64,000 bases of DNA from Minisyncoccia bacterium (GCA_041736805.1 JBGSSW010000016.1:66526-130525), one strand, 5' to 3'; shown: positions 26,981-39,832, counted from the stretch's first letter. Numbers and translations: made by a program. Notes: a model not told the origin generated them from the sequence alone.

Positions 26981-28201
26981 TTAATCCATGTCCAACAACA
27001 AACCTCCCCAAGTAAAATCTTCAGCCCCTAAACCATCACCAGTTTCTGGATGGTATTGTTCCCTAAAGCCTGATTTTTCAATTAATTTAGTAGTCTTAGC
27101 TTTTATCATTTCAGCTTCGCCCTTAAAACCATATCTTTTTAGACCTTTGTAGATAAACCAATGTGGAGCCAACCAAATAGGACCTCGCCAAAAACCCTCA
27201 TTTGGATCATAAGACTTTTCTTTTTTTGAGGTTGAAGTAATACCAAAATCAGTCATGAAATAGTCTGAGTTGAGCAAATAGTCTTTTACTAATTTATTGG
27301 CTTCTTCTTGCGTAAGTAGGTTGCCGTACAAAGGCATAAAAATATTCCAAGTAATAGTAGGAATATGCTTCTTCCTAAGATGGTCGTAAGATAGAAACAC
27401 TTCTCCATGGCGTAACTGTTTTTTAATTTCTTTTTGTATTTCTCTAGCTCTATTCAAAAATAAACTTTCATCAGCTTTAAAATCAAGTATCGAGGCTATT
27501 TCGGAAAAAGTTAAAAGTTCCTCAGCGTACAAAACATTAAAGGCTACGTCAGCGACACCAAAATGGTCTTTCATACAATCTTTAGCAGCAAAATTACAAA
27601 CGGCATTTTGTTGCATTAAATGAATTCTGCGATCAAGACTTTGGTCAGCCGTTTGTATATCGGGCAAACCAAGTGATTCATCAAACCGGGGTGAATTATC
27701 TTCTCCGGACTCATCAGGATTTATAATATAAGCTAAAACATCGTGATTAAAAGTACGGTCTCTTTCTAAATATGCAAAGTGATTTTTTAGAGCCTCATAT
27801 ACATCAGTCAAAAACTCCTTATCTTCATCAACTTGATAAACCTTGTAAATAGCTTGTGCAGCAACTGGCGGTTGAGTAAGTGAACTAGACCCAGCTGTCT
27901 GCCAAGAGGCGTTAATGGTATGCCCTCTTTTTTCACGCCCCCAATTGGGAAGGGTTTCATTTTCACCGTTCCAATAAATCATATGCGGCAACATGCCTGA
28001 GGGTAATGGTTTTGAAAGAACTGCCCGCATTTCTTTTTTAGCGCTCTCTATATCGTAGTGAGACAAGACAATGGCATGAAAGCAAGAGTCCCACAGCCAT
28101 TGAAATGGGTATACTCTGGCCGAGGGAACAGTGAACTGGTGACCATGTGCTTGTCTACGGTTTCTATCGAATAAATTCTTGATTTCTGAATCAACGTCCA
28201 T
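26981..28201 (-). CDS. GH63-like / trehalase-like (alpha/alpha)6 glycoside hydrolase
   Basis: YPFQWLWDSCF, TQPP, ESGEDNSPRFD, FWRGPIW, FREQY..FTW. Confidence 0.88.
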   Translation of the reverse strand: MDVDSEIKNLFDRNRRQAHGHQFTVPSARVYPFQWLWDSCFHAIVLSHYDIESAKKEMRAVLSKPLPSGMLPHMIYWNGENETLPNWGREKRGHTINASWQTAGSSSLTQPPVAAQAIYKVYQVDEDKEFLTDVYEALKNHFAYLERDRTFNHDVLAYIINPDESGEDNSPRFDESLGLPDIQTADQSLDRRIHLMQQNAVCNFAAKDCMKDHFGVADVAFNVLYAEELLTFSEIASILDFKADESLFLNRAREIQKEIKKQLRHGEVFLSYDHLRKKHIPTITWNIFMPLYGNLLTQEEANKLVKDYLLNSDYFMTDFGITSTSKKEKSYDPNEGFWRGPIWLAPHWFIYKGLKRYGFKGEAEMIKAKTTKLIEKSGFREQYHPETGDGLGAEDFTWGGLLLDMD

Positions 28202-28267
28202 TAATGCAGTATAACTTAACGTTTGATCAATATTAGTCTTTTAGAAACAGTTTGATAGAATGAAAAT

Positions 28268-29131
28268 ATGCCAGAATTACCAGAAGTCGAGACAGTTAGA
28301 CTTCAATTACTAGATAAGATAATAAACAAGCCAATTTCTAAAGTTGAAGTTTTTAATGATAAAACCGTTGCAAACAATAATAAATTTTCCACCCAAGTGA
28401 AGGGTAGAAGTTTTAGTCACGTCAGTCGAATTGGTAAACTACTTATCTTTTCCTTCACTGAAAACAAAGATTTATTTCTCCTAGCTCACCTCAAAATGAC
28501 GGGGCAATTTTTCTTCCTCAATCAATCTGAAGTCACTGGAGGTGGACACACTATGCGGGAAGACAATTATGAGCAGTTACCCAACAAACACACTCGGGTG
28601 GCCTTTTACTTCAATGATGGTTCTTCACTGTATTTTAATGATATGAGAAAGTTTGGTTATATCCATCTCGCCAATGCTGAGGAAGTAAACCGAGCAAAAG
28701 CTCGTTTCGGACAAGAATTAATTGACCCAGCTTTTGATAACCTGGCTTTTTTTAATTCAATTAATAAAAAGAAAACTTCTATCAAGGCAGCTCTTTTAGA
28801 CCAAACTTTCGTGGCGGGGCTAGGTAATATCTACGTTGATGAAGCTCTATTTATTGCCAAAGTTCGTCCTGATCGCAAGGCAAACGAGGTAACCAAAAAT
28901 GAAGCCTTGAAAATAACCAAAGCCAGTGGTGAAATAATGAATGAATCTATTAAAATGGGCGGTACTACCTTTAAAAATTTTGCTGATACGGCCGGTCATA
29001 TTGGTAATTACAAAGATCATTTAAAAGTTTTTGGTAAACAAAATACTCCTTGTCAAAAATGTAAAACTCTAATCAAAAAAACTAAAGTGGCTGGAAGAGG
29101 GACCCACTTCTGCCCCACTTGTCAGAAATAG
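28268..29131 (+). CDS. mutM: Formamidopyrimidine-DNA glycosylase
   Basis: MPELPEVE, HLKMTG, GLGNIYVDE, C-terminal zinc finger. Confidence 0.97.
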   Translation: MPELPEVETVRLQLLDKIINKPISKVEVFNDKTVANNNKFSTQVKGRSFSHVSRIGKLLIFSFTENKDLFLLAHLKMTGQFFFLNQSEVTGGGHTMREDNYEQLPNKHTRVAFYFNDGSSLYFNDMRKFGYIHLANAEEVNRAKARFGQELIDPAFDNLAFFNSINKKKTSIKAALLDQTFVAGLGNIYVDEALFIAKVRPDRKANEVTKNEALKITKASGEIMNESIKMGGTTFKNFADTAGHIGNYKDHLKVFGKQNTPCQKCKTLIKKTKVAGRGTHFCPTCQK

Positions 29132-29135
29132 CAGT

Positions 29136-29798
29136 ATGGAAGTAAGTATTGAAAATAGTTGGAAAAAAGTTCTGTCTGCTGAATTTAATCAGGATTATTT
29201 TGTCGACCTCACTAGCCAGCTTAAAAAAGCTTATCTTGAAACCACTGTCTTCCCTCCAGCTGAGCTAATTTTCAGTGTTTTTTCCCTCTGCCCTTTTTCT
29301 GAAGTAAAAGTCGTAATTCTAGGACAAGACCCCTACCATGGCCCTGGACAAGCTCATGGCCTATCATTCTCCGTACCAGATGGTGTAAAGACACCCCCAT
29401 CACTACAAAACATCTATAAAGAACTTAAGTCTGATCTTGGCTTAGAATTGCCACCATCAGGTAATCTCGAACATTGGGCTAAGCAAGGTGTTTTATTATT
29501 AAACGCCACTCTTACTGTATTGCCTGGACAACCTGGTTCGCATCAGGGGTTGGGTTGGGAAACTTTCACTGACAGCGTAATAAATAAAATTTCGGAAGCA
29601 AAAGAACATAGTGTCTTCCTGCTCTGGGGCAAATTTGCTATCTCTAAAAAATATTTAATAGATGAATCAAAACATTTAGTTCTCATCGCTCCCCACCCTT
29701 CCCCTTTCTCTGCCTACACCGGCTTTTTCGGTTGCCGGCACTTTAGCCAAACTAATAAGTATCTAAAAGATAATGGAATAAAAGAAATTGAATGGTAA
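29136..29798 (+). CDS. ung: Uracil-DNA glycosylase (family 1)
   Basis: GQDPYH, PPSLQNIYKEL, HPSP. Confidence 0.97.
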   Translation: MEVSIENSWKKVLSAEFNQDYFVDLTSQLKKAYLETTVFPPAELIFSVFSLCPFSEVKVVILGQDPYHGPGQAHGLSFSVPDGVKTPPSLQNIYKELKSDLGLELPPSGNLEHWAKQGVLLLNATLTVLPGQPGSHQGLGWETFTDSVINKISEAKEHSVFLLWGKFAISKKYLIDESKHLVLIAPHPSPFSAYTGFFGCRHFSQTNKYLKDNGIKEIEW

Positions 29799-29819
29799 AA
29801 ATTATTACATAGGCCTTTC

Positions 29820-30896
29820 CTATGTAATAGGTTTAGGGACTAACTTGAGTAAGGTCACTTGGTTCTTAGACCCTAGGCGCATGGGTGGACCCCAGGTGCC
29901 TGTTCCGGGCGTAACATGTAGGTACTTTCCTTCTTCCAAGTAAAGACCATTCACATAGCGAAAAAATATACGTACTAGTAAATTAAAAGGGTAGACTTGT
30001 CCGTTATGAGTATGTCCAGAGAGCATAATGTCTATTCCATGTTTTCGAGCCGACTCCCATTCAACTGGGGTGTGGTACATCAGAATACTAGGCAGGTTTG
30101 TATCAACAGCAAGATTACTTAAGATTGAATCTAGAGTAATGGCGCGAGGCAAGCTCTGTCTATCATTAACGCCAATCAACTGTATACCCTCATGGATAAC
30201 CATTTGATTTTCGAGCAACTGCAGTTTGAGATTTTTAACAGTTTCGCGTACATACGGCAGACCTTCATACTCTTCGTGGTTACCGTGCGAGAAGTAACTT
30301 GGAGCTGAAAGTGAGTCGAGTGGACTTAGTATTTGTTCATCTATTGGTACCGATCCATCAAACAAATCTCCAGAAATTAAAACTAAATCCGGTGAAAGTT
30401 TGTTGGTCAGCTCGACCACTCGTTCCAGAAACTTTTCTTGATGAACTGTCCCAACATGAATATCAGATAAATGTACAACGTGGAGTTTTTTGGTTAAGCC
30501 AGCAATGGGAGTAACGTATTCTCTTATTACTAAATTTCTACCTTGCCAGAGGGCATAAAGTGAAAATAAGCCTCCAAGTAAAAGTAGGGCTATTAAGACA
30601 AACTTTGATTCAAAACCAGTGAAGATATGCAGAAGTTCATAGGGTAATACAGCTGAAAACAAAAGCATAATTACTCCGAGCCAACTAGCCGCCAGAAAGT
30701 AAAACTGATCTGTCAGAGTACTGTTAATTTTCCTTACTAGTAAGCTAGCAAAAAAATATGAAATAGCCAAAAAAGCCAAAATGGGAATTGCGGCTGGTAT
30801 AGATAACGAAAATACTCTGGCAGCGGTTTCATACACAAAATAGTGCATGAAAAATAAAACAGTCCAGCCAATAGCAATAAAAATTATGAAACGCAT
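29820..30896 (-). CDS. Membrane-anchored metallophosphoesterase (YkuE-like)
   Basis: N-terminal TMs; SDIH, GDLFD, GNHE, SGHTHNGQ, GTWGPPMR. Confidence 0.9.
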   Translation of the reverse strand: MRFIIFIAIGWTVLFFMHYFVYETAARVFSLSIPAAIPILAFLAISYFFASLLVRKINSTLTDQFYFLAASWLGVIMLLFSAVLPYELLHIFTGFESKFVLIALLLLGGLFSLYALWQGRNLVIREYVTPIAGLTKKLHVVHLSDIHVGTVHQEKFLERVVELTNKLSPDLVLISGDLFDGSVPIDEQILSPLDSLSAPSYFSHGNHEEYEGLPYVRETVKNLKLQLLENQMVIHEGIQLIGVNDRQSLPRAITLDSILSNLAVDTNLPSILMYHTPVEWESARKHGIDIMLSGHTHNGQVYPFNLLVRIFFRYVNGLYLEEGKYLHVTPGTGTWGPPMRLGSKNQVTLLKLVPKPIT

Positions 30897-30950
30897 TATG
30901 AGCAGCATATCACAGAAAAAGCTGCCTTATGAGTTTCATTTTTTAAAATA

Positions 30951-31202
30951 TTACAGCAAAATCGTGACTTGGTTTTGACTGACTTCAAGCGTGCCAGAAC
31001 TAACTGCGAAAGTTTCAGTGGTGCCATCTGCTTTGCGGATAATGATTGTCCCAGCTCGCAGAGCTGACATCAGTGGAGTATGGTCAGCTAGCAATGTCAT
31101 CTCACCTTCACTACCAGGCACCGTCACAGAAGTAACTGGACCAGAAAAAACTGGCGCGTCGACGCGGGCGATTGTGAGTTGTAAGATTTTTATAGGATTC
31201 AT
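30951..31202 (-). CDS. atpC: ATP synthase epsilon subunit (N-terminal domain only)
   Basis: PGSEGEMTLLADHTPL..G..SSGTLEV; 83 aa. Confidence 0.9.
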   Translation of the reverse strand: MNPIKILQLTIARVDAPVFSGPVTSVTVPGSEGEMTLLADHTPLMSALRAGTIIIRKADGTTETFAVSSGTLEVSQNQVTILL

Positions 31203-31397
31203 AAGTATAAATTAAATGTTAAAAATCTTTCTTTCTGCTTTCGCTCGAAAACACAAAAAAAACTTTTGTGTTTTGCTCACTCAATTGAAAGGAATGTTTT
31301 AATTCTGCCATATTTTTTAAATTACCACTCATTATTTCTTACCAACTTTATTTACTTTTAAGGAGACAGGAAATCACTAAGGCGAAGGTAAGTGACT

Positions 31398-31486
31398 GCA
31401 GATACGAGGCGTGAGGTGAAAAATATCGTGAGGTGTACTTAGATGTACATTGAGCGATATTTTTCACCTCACAACAAAGTAGCTGC
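31398..31486. repeat. Palindromic intergenic element, copy 1
   Basis: GAGGCG-GTGAGGTGAAAAATATCG..TGTAC..GTACA..CGATATTTTTCACCTCAC-AACAAAG hairpin. Confidence 0.7.
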
Positions 31487-31488
31487 TG

Positions 31489-32868
<1,380 letters not shown>

Positions 32869-32994
32869 TTAATAATTGGTGTTTGATAATGAACTCTGTG
32901 ATGGGTACCACCGAGTGATTAATAATCCTCACGAGAATCATTAATCACTCGTAACTACCTTTTAAAAAATTTCAGACGGTCTTGCTCACAAAAC

Positions 32995-33109
32995 TTGTGA
33001 GACGACTTCAGAGGCGCGAAGTGGTGATTATTTTTGAGGAAGATGTACTAGTGGGTACTTCGACCGAAAAAATAATTACCACGACAAAGCATATGAGGTC
33101 GTATCGCAA
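32995..33109. repeat. Palindromic intergenic element, copy 2
   Basis: GAGGCG..GTGGTGATTATTTTT..TGTAC..GTAC..AAAAATAATTACCAC-GACAAAG; same layout as 31398-31486. Confidence 0.7.
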
Positions 33110-33111
33110 AT

Positions 33112-34020
33112 TTATGTTTTCATTGCTTCCATACCGCCGGTTATTTCACTTACTTCTGCCGTAATGGCTGCTTGGCGTGCCTTATTGAACTTTAGAGTCA
33201 AAAACTTGGCCACTTCCTTACTCTTATCAGTAGCGTTTTTCATCGCTACCATGCGAGCCGAATGCTCACTCGCTTTACTCTCAAGGAAAGCGTGGAAAAG
33301 AATAATTTGCACCAATTGTGGAATCAGCGCATCAAAAACAGTTTGGGCATCTGGTTCAATGGTGTGATCAATTACCATGTCAGGAGTTACCATATCGTCA
33401 CTAAACTTACCTGTCCTCGGCTTAATACCACGCATAATGAAATGTACTTCTGCTGGATCAAGCGGGAGTACCTGACGCATCGTAGCAGCTTGTTCGAAAG
33501 TCGAAAGGAAGTTTTGATAAATAACTTCAACTTTAGCGTAAGTGACGTCTGAAGCAAAAGCTGTTACTGCTTTAGTAGCTATTTCATAGACATCTGCCAC
33601 AGTGACGTCATCACCAACATTGGTGTATTCACCGAGGAGTGTAATTTTTTCTCGCCCTGCAAATTCGACCGCCTTACGGCCAATCGCAATCATGTCGAAC
33701 TCCACTCCACTGACACGAAGTTTTTCGACGTTCTTGAGAACAGCACTGTTTACACTACCAGCCAGACCTTTGTCACTAGTAACTACTATCACAAGAGTTT
33801 TCCCGGTTGTACGTTTCAATGCAAGTGGGTGTGTAGAAAGTGCTTCTGACTGGGCCACGCGAGTCAAAATCCGCATAGCTGCGTGCACATACGGACGACT
33901 CTCGAAAGCCCGAGCCTGGCTCTTACGCATCTTTACTGCCGAAACAGACTCCATCGCCTTGGTCACTTTGCCAGTCTTTTTGGTAGAGATTATTTTGTTT
34001 TTGATTTGCTTAAGAGCCAC
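33112..34020 (-). CDS. atpG: ATP synthase gamma subunit
   Basis: TKAME, SDKGLAG, SEHSARMVAMKNATD, RQAAITAEVSEI. Confidence 0.98.
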   Translation of the reverse strand: MALKQIKNKIISTKKTGKVTKAMESVSAVKMRKSQARAFESRPYVHAAMRILTRVAQSEALSTHPLALKRTTGKTLVIVVTSDKGLAGSVNSAVLKNVEKLRVSGVEFDMIAIGRKAVEFAGREKITLLGEYTNVGDDVTVADVYEIATKAVTAFASDVTYAKVEVIYQNFLSTFEQAATMRQVLPLDPAEVHFIMRGIKPRTGKFSDDMVTPDMVIDHTIEPDAQTVFDALIPQLVQIILFHAFLESKASEHSARMVAMKNATDKSKEVAKFLTLKFNKARQAAITAEVSEITGGMEAMKT

Positions 34021-34045
34021 GATAATTTTGTATTAACGAGTAAAC

Positions 34046-35617
34046 TTACTCAGCTTTAGTGTAGTAATTAGCATTAGCTTCCTTAAAGTCAGCAATAGAC
34101 TTATTCAATTTTTCTACCAATTCGTCAGTCAATTCACGACCAGTCTCAATCGCGTCCATTATTTCCTTTCGGTCTCTCATAATAAAGTCTAAGAAAGTTG
34201 TTTCAATCGCACTAACCTTTTCTGGAGTAGTGTTATCGAAAAGTCCGTTGTTGGCACCGTAGATAGAAATCACCTGTTTATAGAACGGCATTGGGTTATT
34301 TTGCTTTTGCTTCAGAAGTTCAACGTATTTCCGACCACTGTCAATTCTCTTCTTGGTATCTTCGTCTAAGTCGGAAGCAAATTGCATGAAGGCTTCAAGT
34401 TCACGGAACTGCGCCAGTTCAAGACGAATCTTACCCGCTACTTTTTTCATTGCCTTAGTTTGAGCTGAAGAACCTACTCGGGAGACAGAGATACCAACGT
34501 TTAAAGCAGGGCGAATTCCCTTGTTGAACAAATCACCCTCTAGGAAAATCTGACCGTCAGTAATAGAAATTACGTTGGTTGGAATGTAGGCTGAAACATC
34601 ACCTTCTTGAGTTTCAATAATTGGTAAGGCTGTAATAGAACCACCACCAAGTTCTTTGGAAAGCTTAGCTGAACGTTCTAGTAAACGTGAGTGAAGGTAG
34701 AAAATATCTCCCGGATACGCTTCTCGTCCTGGTGGACGGCGAAGTAGTAGTGACATCTGACGATACGCTACCGCGTGTTTACTAAGGTCATCAAGTACAA
34801 TCACCACATCTCTTCCTTGCTCCATAAAATATTCGCCAATCGCCATTCCTGCAAATGGTGCTAAGAAAAGCATTGGGGACGGCTCAGCAGCTGAGGTTGC
34901 AACGATAGTTGTGTATTCTAGCGCTCCAGCTTCCTCTAATTTTGCCATAATACTCGCTGTTTTAGAGCGCTTCTGGCCAATAGCAACATAAATACAAATT
35001 GGGCGTTTTTCTTTTGGTTCATACTTTTGGTTGATGATGGTGTCGATGGCAATAGTTGTTTTACCAGTCTGACGGTCACCAATGATAAGCTCACGCTGAC
35101 CTCGTCCAATCGGAATCATTGAGTCGATAGCTTTGATACCGGTGTGAATCGGCTCGTTTACAGAAGACCTATCCATCACACCGTAAGCCACCCGCTCAAT
35201 CGGCATATTTTTATCGGTCGCAATTACCCCTTTACCATCAATCGCTTCACCAAGAGTATTTACTACTCGACCAACAATACCTTCCCCAACAGGAACTGAA
35301 AGCAGTTTGCCAGTGCGACTCACTTGCATACCTTCCTTCACCAAATTACTTTCACCCAAAATTACCACTTTGACAGTGTCCTCTTCCAAGTTTAGTACCA
35401 AACCAAAGAGAGTTCCTTCTTGTTTCATTACTTCTTTTACGCTAGCTCCAGCGCCAGTATCGAAAGACACCATTTCCATCATCTGAGCCTTAGTCAGGCC
35501 TTCGATTTCGGCAATACCGTCTCCAACTGACACTACAACTCCCACCTCTTCAGGCTGGGTAGTGGTATCGAGGGATTCGATTTCCTTTTTGATTCTATCA
35601 ATGATTGTTGTACTCAT
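34046..35617 (-). CDS. atpA: ATP synthase alpha subunit
   Basis: [20 protein letters not shown]. Confidence 0.99.
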   Translation of the reverse strand: MSTTIIDRIKKEIESLDTTTQPEEVGVVVSVGDGIAEIEGLTKAQMMEMVSFDTGAGASVKEVMKQEGTLFGLVLNLEEDTVKVVILGESNLVKEGMQVSRTGKLLSVPVGEGIVGRVVNTLGEAIDGKGVIATDKNMPIERVAYGVMDRSSVNEPIHTGIKAIDSMIPIGRGQRELIIGDRQTGKTTIAIDTIINQKYEPKEKRPICIYVAIGQKRSKTASIMAKLEEAGALEYTTIVATSAAEPSPMLFLAPFAGMAIGEYFMEQGRDVVIVLDDLSKHAVAYRQMSLLLRRPPGREAYPGDIFYLHSRLLERSAKLSKELGGGSITALPIIETQEGDVSAYIPTNVISITDGQIFLEGDLFNKGIRPALNVGISVSRVGSSAQTKAMKKVAGKIRLELAQFRELEAFMQFASDLDEDTKKRIDSGRKYVELLKQKQNNPMPFYKQVISIYGANNGLFDNTTPEKVSAIETTFLDFIMRDRKEIMDAIETGRELTDELVEKLNKSIADFKEANANYYTKAE

Positions 35618-35657
35618 AATAAGTTGTGACTAAATAATTTTGGTGATTAATAATTTC

Positions 35658-36038
35658 TTAAGTGATGATGCGTCGATACAAGTCCACTAAGGCTCTCTTA
35701 TAACTAGCGTCATAAAAAGTACCTTTGACTCTGGCCGTGAAACCACCAACCAAATTTTGGTCAATAGTTTTGGTGTAGCCAGCTTCAGTAGCACCTAATT
35801 TTTCTAGAGCTGCTTGTAGGGTAGCTTCACTAACCTCTCCTTCTTTGGCAATTACTACCTGAGGAACAAAACTCTTAAGCCTGGCTTGAAGTACGCGCAT
35901 ACTTGCCTTGAGTACTTGTGGCCAAAGCCTAAGGTGACCACGCTGTTCCATTTGTTTTTTGATAGACAGCAAAGTTTGCTCGGTATTTTTTCCGGCGAGG
36001 ATACTTTCAGTTAAAGCTTTTACGTAGGCGTTTTTCAT
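35658..36038 (-). CDS. atpH: ATP synthase delta subunit (short)
   Basis: Operon position; C-terminal IDQNLVGGF..YDAS. Confidence 0.85.
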   Translation of the reverse strand: MKNAYVKALTESILAGKNTEQTLLSIKKQMEQRGHLRLWPQVLKASMRVLQARLKSFVPQVVIAKEGEVSEATLQAALEKLGATEAGYTKTIDQNLVGGFTARVKGTFYDASYKRALVDLYRRIIT

Positions 36039-36044
36039 AATTTA

Positions 36045-36491
36045 CTAAGCCTGTTCACGGAGAAGTTTTTCAGTCGCCAAAACAGCCAATTGAGCAACTT
36101 CTTTTTCACTAGCTTTAACAGCAACAATTTTTGCCTGTTCGGCTTTGACTTCAGCCTCCTTCAAAATTGAAGCTGCTTTAGCTTGAGCAGCAGAAACTAT
36201 TTCTGTTTCTTGAAGCTTAGCAGAACTTTTAGCTCTCTCACCTACAGCCTCTGCTTCTTTGTGGGCCAAACTCAAAACCGCCTGTTTCTCTGTATCTGCT
36301 TCAGCTTTGGCTAAGGCTGCGGACTCGGCATCCTTTAGTCCTTGAGCAATTTTCTCCTCACGTTCTTTAAGGAGTTTTAAAATTGGCCGATAAAGGAAAT
36401 ATCCCAAGACAGCCATCAAGATACCGAAGTTTACGATTTGGATGACGATTAGCCTTTGATCAATACCGAAGGCTTCAATGATTTCTTCCAT
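36045..36491 (-). CDS. atpF: ATP synthase b subunit
   Basis: QIVNFGIL..YRPILKLLKEREEKI, coiled coil. Confidence 0.95.
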   Translation of the reverse strand: MEEIIEAFGIDQRLIVIQIVNFGILMAVLGYFLYRPILKLLKEREEKIAQGLKDAESAALAKAEADTEKQAVLSLAHKEAEAVGERAKSSAKLQETEIVSAAQAKAASILKEAEVKAEQAKIVAVKASEKEVAQLAVLATEKLLREQA

Positions 36492-36542
36492 AGGTTAATA
36501 AGTGAGAGTGAGTAATGGTTTGGATTAGCTTGTTCAAAATTC

Positions 36543-36812
<270 letters not shown>

Positions 36813-36939
36813 TTAGTTATTTTAATAATTAATTTCGTCACTTATCCTTTAGTTCTTTTTAGCGAACTAATTTTTGTTACTAGACAAGGTACGAGTCACG
36901 CCCAATTTGTTTTAAACGGGACTCGTGATTATCTACTAA

Positions 36940-37710
36940 CTAATGCGGCTCAGTCACGGCCAATTTAATGAAAAAGAGAGTCAAAATGGCAAAGATAAAG
37001 GCCTGAATAAAGCCGACAAACACTTCAAAAGCATAAAGCGGGACCGGTAATATATACGGTACAAAAAACATTACCACTACGATGAGTGTCTTACCGGCAA
37101 AGATATTACCGAAAAGACGAAAGGAAAATGATATCAGTCGAGCCAACTCTGAAATAAATTCAATAATACCAATAGCAAAATTAAGCGGTGAAGAAAAGTT
37201 TAAAAACTTACTCCCATATTTGAAAACACCAAGAGCTAGAACTCCAGCAATTTCAATGGTGAAAAAAGCAATTAATGAAAAAGCGATGGTGATATTCAAA
37301 TCAGTCGCAGCTGGATAAAGTAACGGAGTAAAATGTCCGTCATGGTATAGACCAATAGCCGCAACACCCGGCAAGAGGCCAATCCAATTAAGAGCCAAGA
37401 CAAAAACAAAAATTGTCATTACAATGGGAAAATATTTCTCAGCCATCTTTCGGCTTTCAAGCACATCACTAACGTAATCAAATGCCCCGCCTACTACCAT
37501 TTCCGCCATATTTTGAACCTTGCCTGGCACAGCGGTTAATCGTGTTTTTAAGGCAACCACTAAAACGATAACCACTGCCATCGCAAACCAAGTTGTAATC
37601 AAAGTGGCCGTTAGTGGAATGCCAAAAAATTCTCCCACTACGTAAGGTTTGAGAGCTACATGAATACCGCCTTCAGTGGCTGCATGCGCTGTATTTATAA
37701 GGGAAAACAT
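36940..37710 (-). CDS. atpB: ATP synthase a subunit
   Basis: NWIGLLPG, SFSFRLFGNIFAG, QAFIF; start set at ATG 37710. Confidence 0.96.
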   Translation of the reverse strand: MFSLINTAHAATEGGIHVALKPYVVGEFFGIPLTATLITTWFAMAVVIVLVVALKTRLTAVPGKVQNMAEMVVGGAFDYVSDVLESRKMAEKYFPIVMTIFVFVLALNWIGLLPGVAAIGLYHDGHFTPLLYPAATDLNITIAFSLIAFFTIEIAGVLALGVFKYGSKFLNFSSPLNFAIGIIEFISELARLISFSFRLFGNIFAGKTLIVVVMFFVPYILPVPLYAFEVFVGFIQAFIFAILTLFFIKLAVTEPH

Positions 37711-37915
37711 AAAAAATACCAAAGTCACCCGAAAGCACTTTTGCGCCGGTATATTAGCATATTTGCAGCAAAAACGAAACTCTGACTGTGGGCCCAGTAA
37801 GCATATTTTAAGTCTATAAAGCAATTACTTGGGGGTTAATTTTGTTTTCTACTTCCATTTGTTCAGCCTTCAGGTATTATTTAAGTAGACAAGTTACCTA
37901 CAAAGGAAAAAACGG

Positions 37916-38209
37916 ATGCACAATCTTTATCGCATTAGACACCAATTTCACTGGTTCACTGTGAGTGAACTTACCCTTAAACATTTCAATTTAAGACCTG
38001 ACCAAGAAGTTGATTTAAGGCTGGCTCACGAAATAGTTTGTTTTTGCGAGACTGAAAAGCTGATGCTTGACTTCATATACAGCGTTAGGCAATTTGTTGC
38101 TCAGATTCCTCGTCAACACCTCAAAATGTATCTGCTTGGTCTTAAGATGATACAGATGGGTCATTTGAGGCCACAAGTCTTGCTACTTCCCTACAAACCG
38201 AAACGCTGA
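37916..38209 (+). CDS. Hypothetical protein
   Basis: SD AAGGA; overlapping terminator hairpin AAACGCTGACC..GGTCAGCGTTT. Confidence 0.6.
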   Translation: MHNLYRIRHQFHWFTVSELTLKHFNLRPDQEVDLRLAHEIVCFCETEKLMLDFIYSVRQFVAQIPRQHLKMYLLGLKMIQMGHLRPQVLLLPYKPKR

Positions 38210-38452
38210 CCTTGGTCAGCGTTTTTCCTTTGAATTAACCAGGACAGACGAGATGATTTATTTATTAGTCTAAGTTTTCATCATCGTTAATTTGACTATT
38301 TTGTAGTTTAGTGTTATTCTCTATTTACCTTGAGATTCTCGTGTAGGGCTCTTAAGCCACAATCTTTGTATCTGTTTAGATAGTCACGATTGAATTTATC
38401 TACTGCACAGCCCCGGAATTTTCATAAATTCCCCAATAAAATAATAATATAA

Positions 38453-39832
38453 ATGCCAAATTCATCTGGTCGACCAAGTCGACCATCATCGAGTTCATCT
38501 CGACGCCCTTTTAATAGTAATAGCCGAAGTGGTGGAGACAGTACACGTCGTCCTTCTCAACACTCTTCTGCCCCGAGAACTGGTGGGCACTCAAGATCTA
38601 GTTCTCCATACTCATCATCTTCACCACGAAGAAGTTTTTCTGGTGGACGTTCATCTGGTGGGCGTAGTTCATTTGGTGGTGGCCGAGGAGGCCATTCTCG
38701 TGGTGGGCGTGGTGCTAGAGTAATGAGTACTTTCGATGTCTCAAAATTCATCAACCTTAACCCAGCTCAACTAACTAAAGAAGCTCCGTATGTAGCCAAA
38801 CATACTTTTAATAACTTTGGCCTAGATAAAGCTCTATCTGACACGATAGCCGGAATGGGTATTGTTACTCCAAGTGCTATTCAGGACCAAGTTATTCCGT
38901 ATATTTTGCAAGGACATGATGTGGTTGGACTAGCACAGACTGGTACAGGTAAAACAGCCGCTTTTCTTGTGCCCGTTATTCAGAAGACATTACATGAACG
39001 AGGAAGACAAACCTTAATTCTGACCCCTACTCGTGAGTTAGCCATTCAAGTTGAACAAGAACTTCGACTATTAACTCCAAGAATGAATATCTACTCAACA
39101 GTCTGTGTTGGTGGTATGAATATCCGCCCACAAATTAGTGGTCTACGTCGCAAAAACCATTTTATCATTGGTACCCCAGGACGTGTCCAAGACTTAATTG
39201 ACCGTGGCCACATCAAGCCTGGAGCTATCACAACGGTTATCTTTGATGAAGCTGACCGAATGCTTGATATGGGATTTATTCATGACATGAAGAAAATTCT
39301 TAAAGATATTCCGGACGAACGTGAAACTCTCTTTTTCTCAGCTACTATGTCTAAAAGTGTTGAGGGTCTGGTGAAAGACTTCCTACGTGACCCAATTACT
39401 GTTTCAGTTCGAAAGACTGATATCACCAATAGCATCACACAAGACGTAGTCCGATATGAGCATCACAACAAATTTGATACTCTCACAAACCTCTTAAAGA
39501 CTGAAGCGTTTACTCGTGTAATTGTTTTCGGAGCTATGAAGCATAGTGTTGAAAAACTTAGTCAGGAACTGATTCACGCTGGTATAAAGGCCGATGCAAT
39601 TCACGGTAATAAGTCACATATTCAAAGACAGCGTGCTTTAAAGAATTTTAAGGACGGACGAGTGCAAGTTCTGGTTGCGACTGATGTAGCTGCTCGCGGT
39701 ATTCACGTTGATGATGTGTCACATGTAATAAACTACGACCTGCCTGGAACTTACGAAGATTACGTTCATCGTATTGGCCGAACTGGTCGTAGTGATAAAC
39801 AGGGTAAAGCTCTAACTTTTGTTCCAGCTTAA
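38453..39832 (+). CDS. DEAD-box RNA helicase with Ser/Arg/Gly-rich N-terminus
   Basis: AQTGTGKT, PTRELA, DEAD, SAT, HRIGRTGR. Confidence 0.97.
   Translation: MPNSSGRPSRPSSSSSRRPFNSNSRSGGDSTRRPSQHSSAPRTGGHSRSSSPYSSSSPRRSFSGGRSSGGRSSFGGGRGGHSRGGRGARVMSTFDVSKFINLNPAQLTKEAPYVAKHTFNNFGLDKALSDTIAGMGIVTPSAIQDQVIPYILQGHDVVGLAQTGTGKTAAFLVPVIQKTLHERGRQTLILTPTRELAIQVEQELRLLTPRMNIYSTVCVGGMNIRPQISGLRRKNHFIIGTPGRVQDLIDRGHIKPGAITTVIFDEADRMLDMGFIHDMKKILKDIPDERETLFFSATMSKSVEGLVKDFLRDPITVSVRKTDITNSITQDVVRYEHHNKFDTLTNLLKTEAFTRVIVFGAMKHSVEKLSQELIHAGIKADAIHGNKSHIQRQRALKNFKDGRVQVLVATDVAARGIHVDDVSHVINYDLPGTYEDYVHRIGRTGRSDKQGKALTFVPA

Noticed and set aside
32982-34036. Plus-strand ORFs opposite atpG, and similar antisense ORFs opposite atpE, atpB, aldolase, uppP, the CBS gene, the permease and rpoD/dnaG
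   Set aside because: Shadow ORFs on the opposite strand of well-supported genes.
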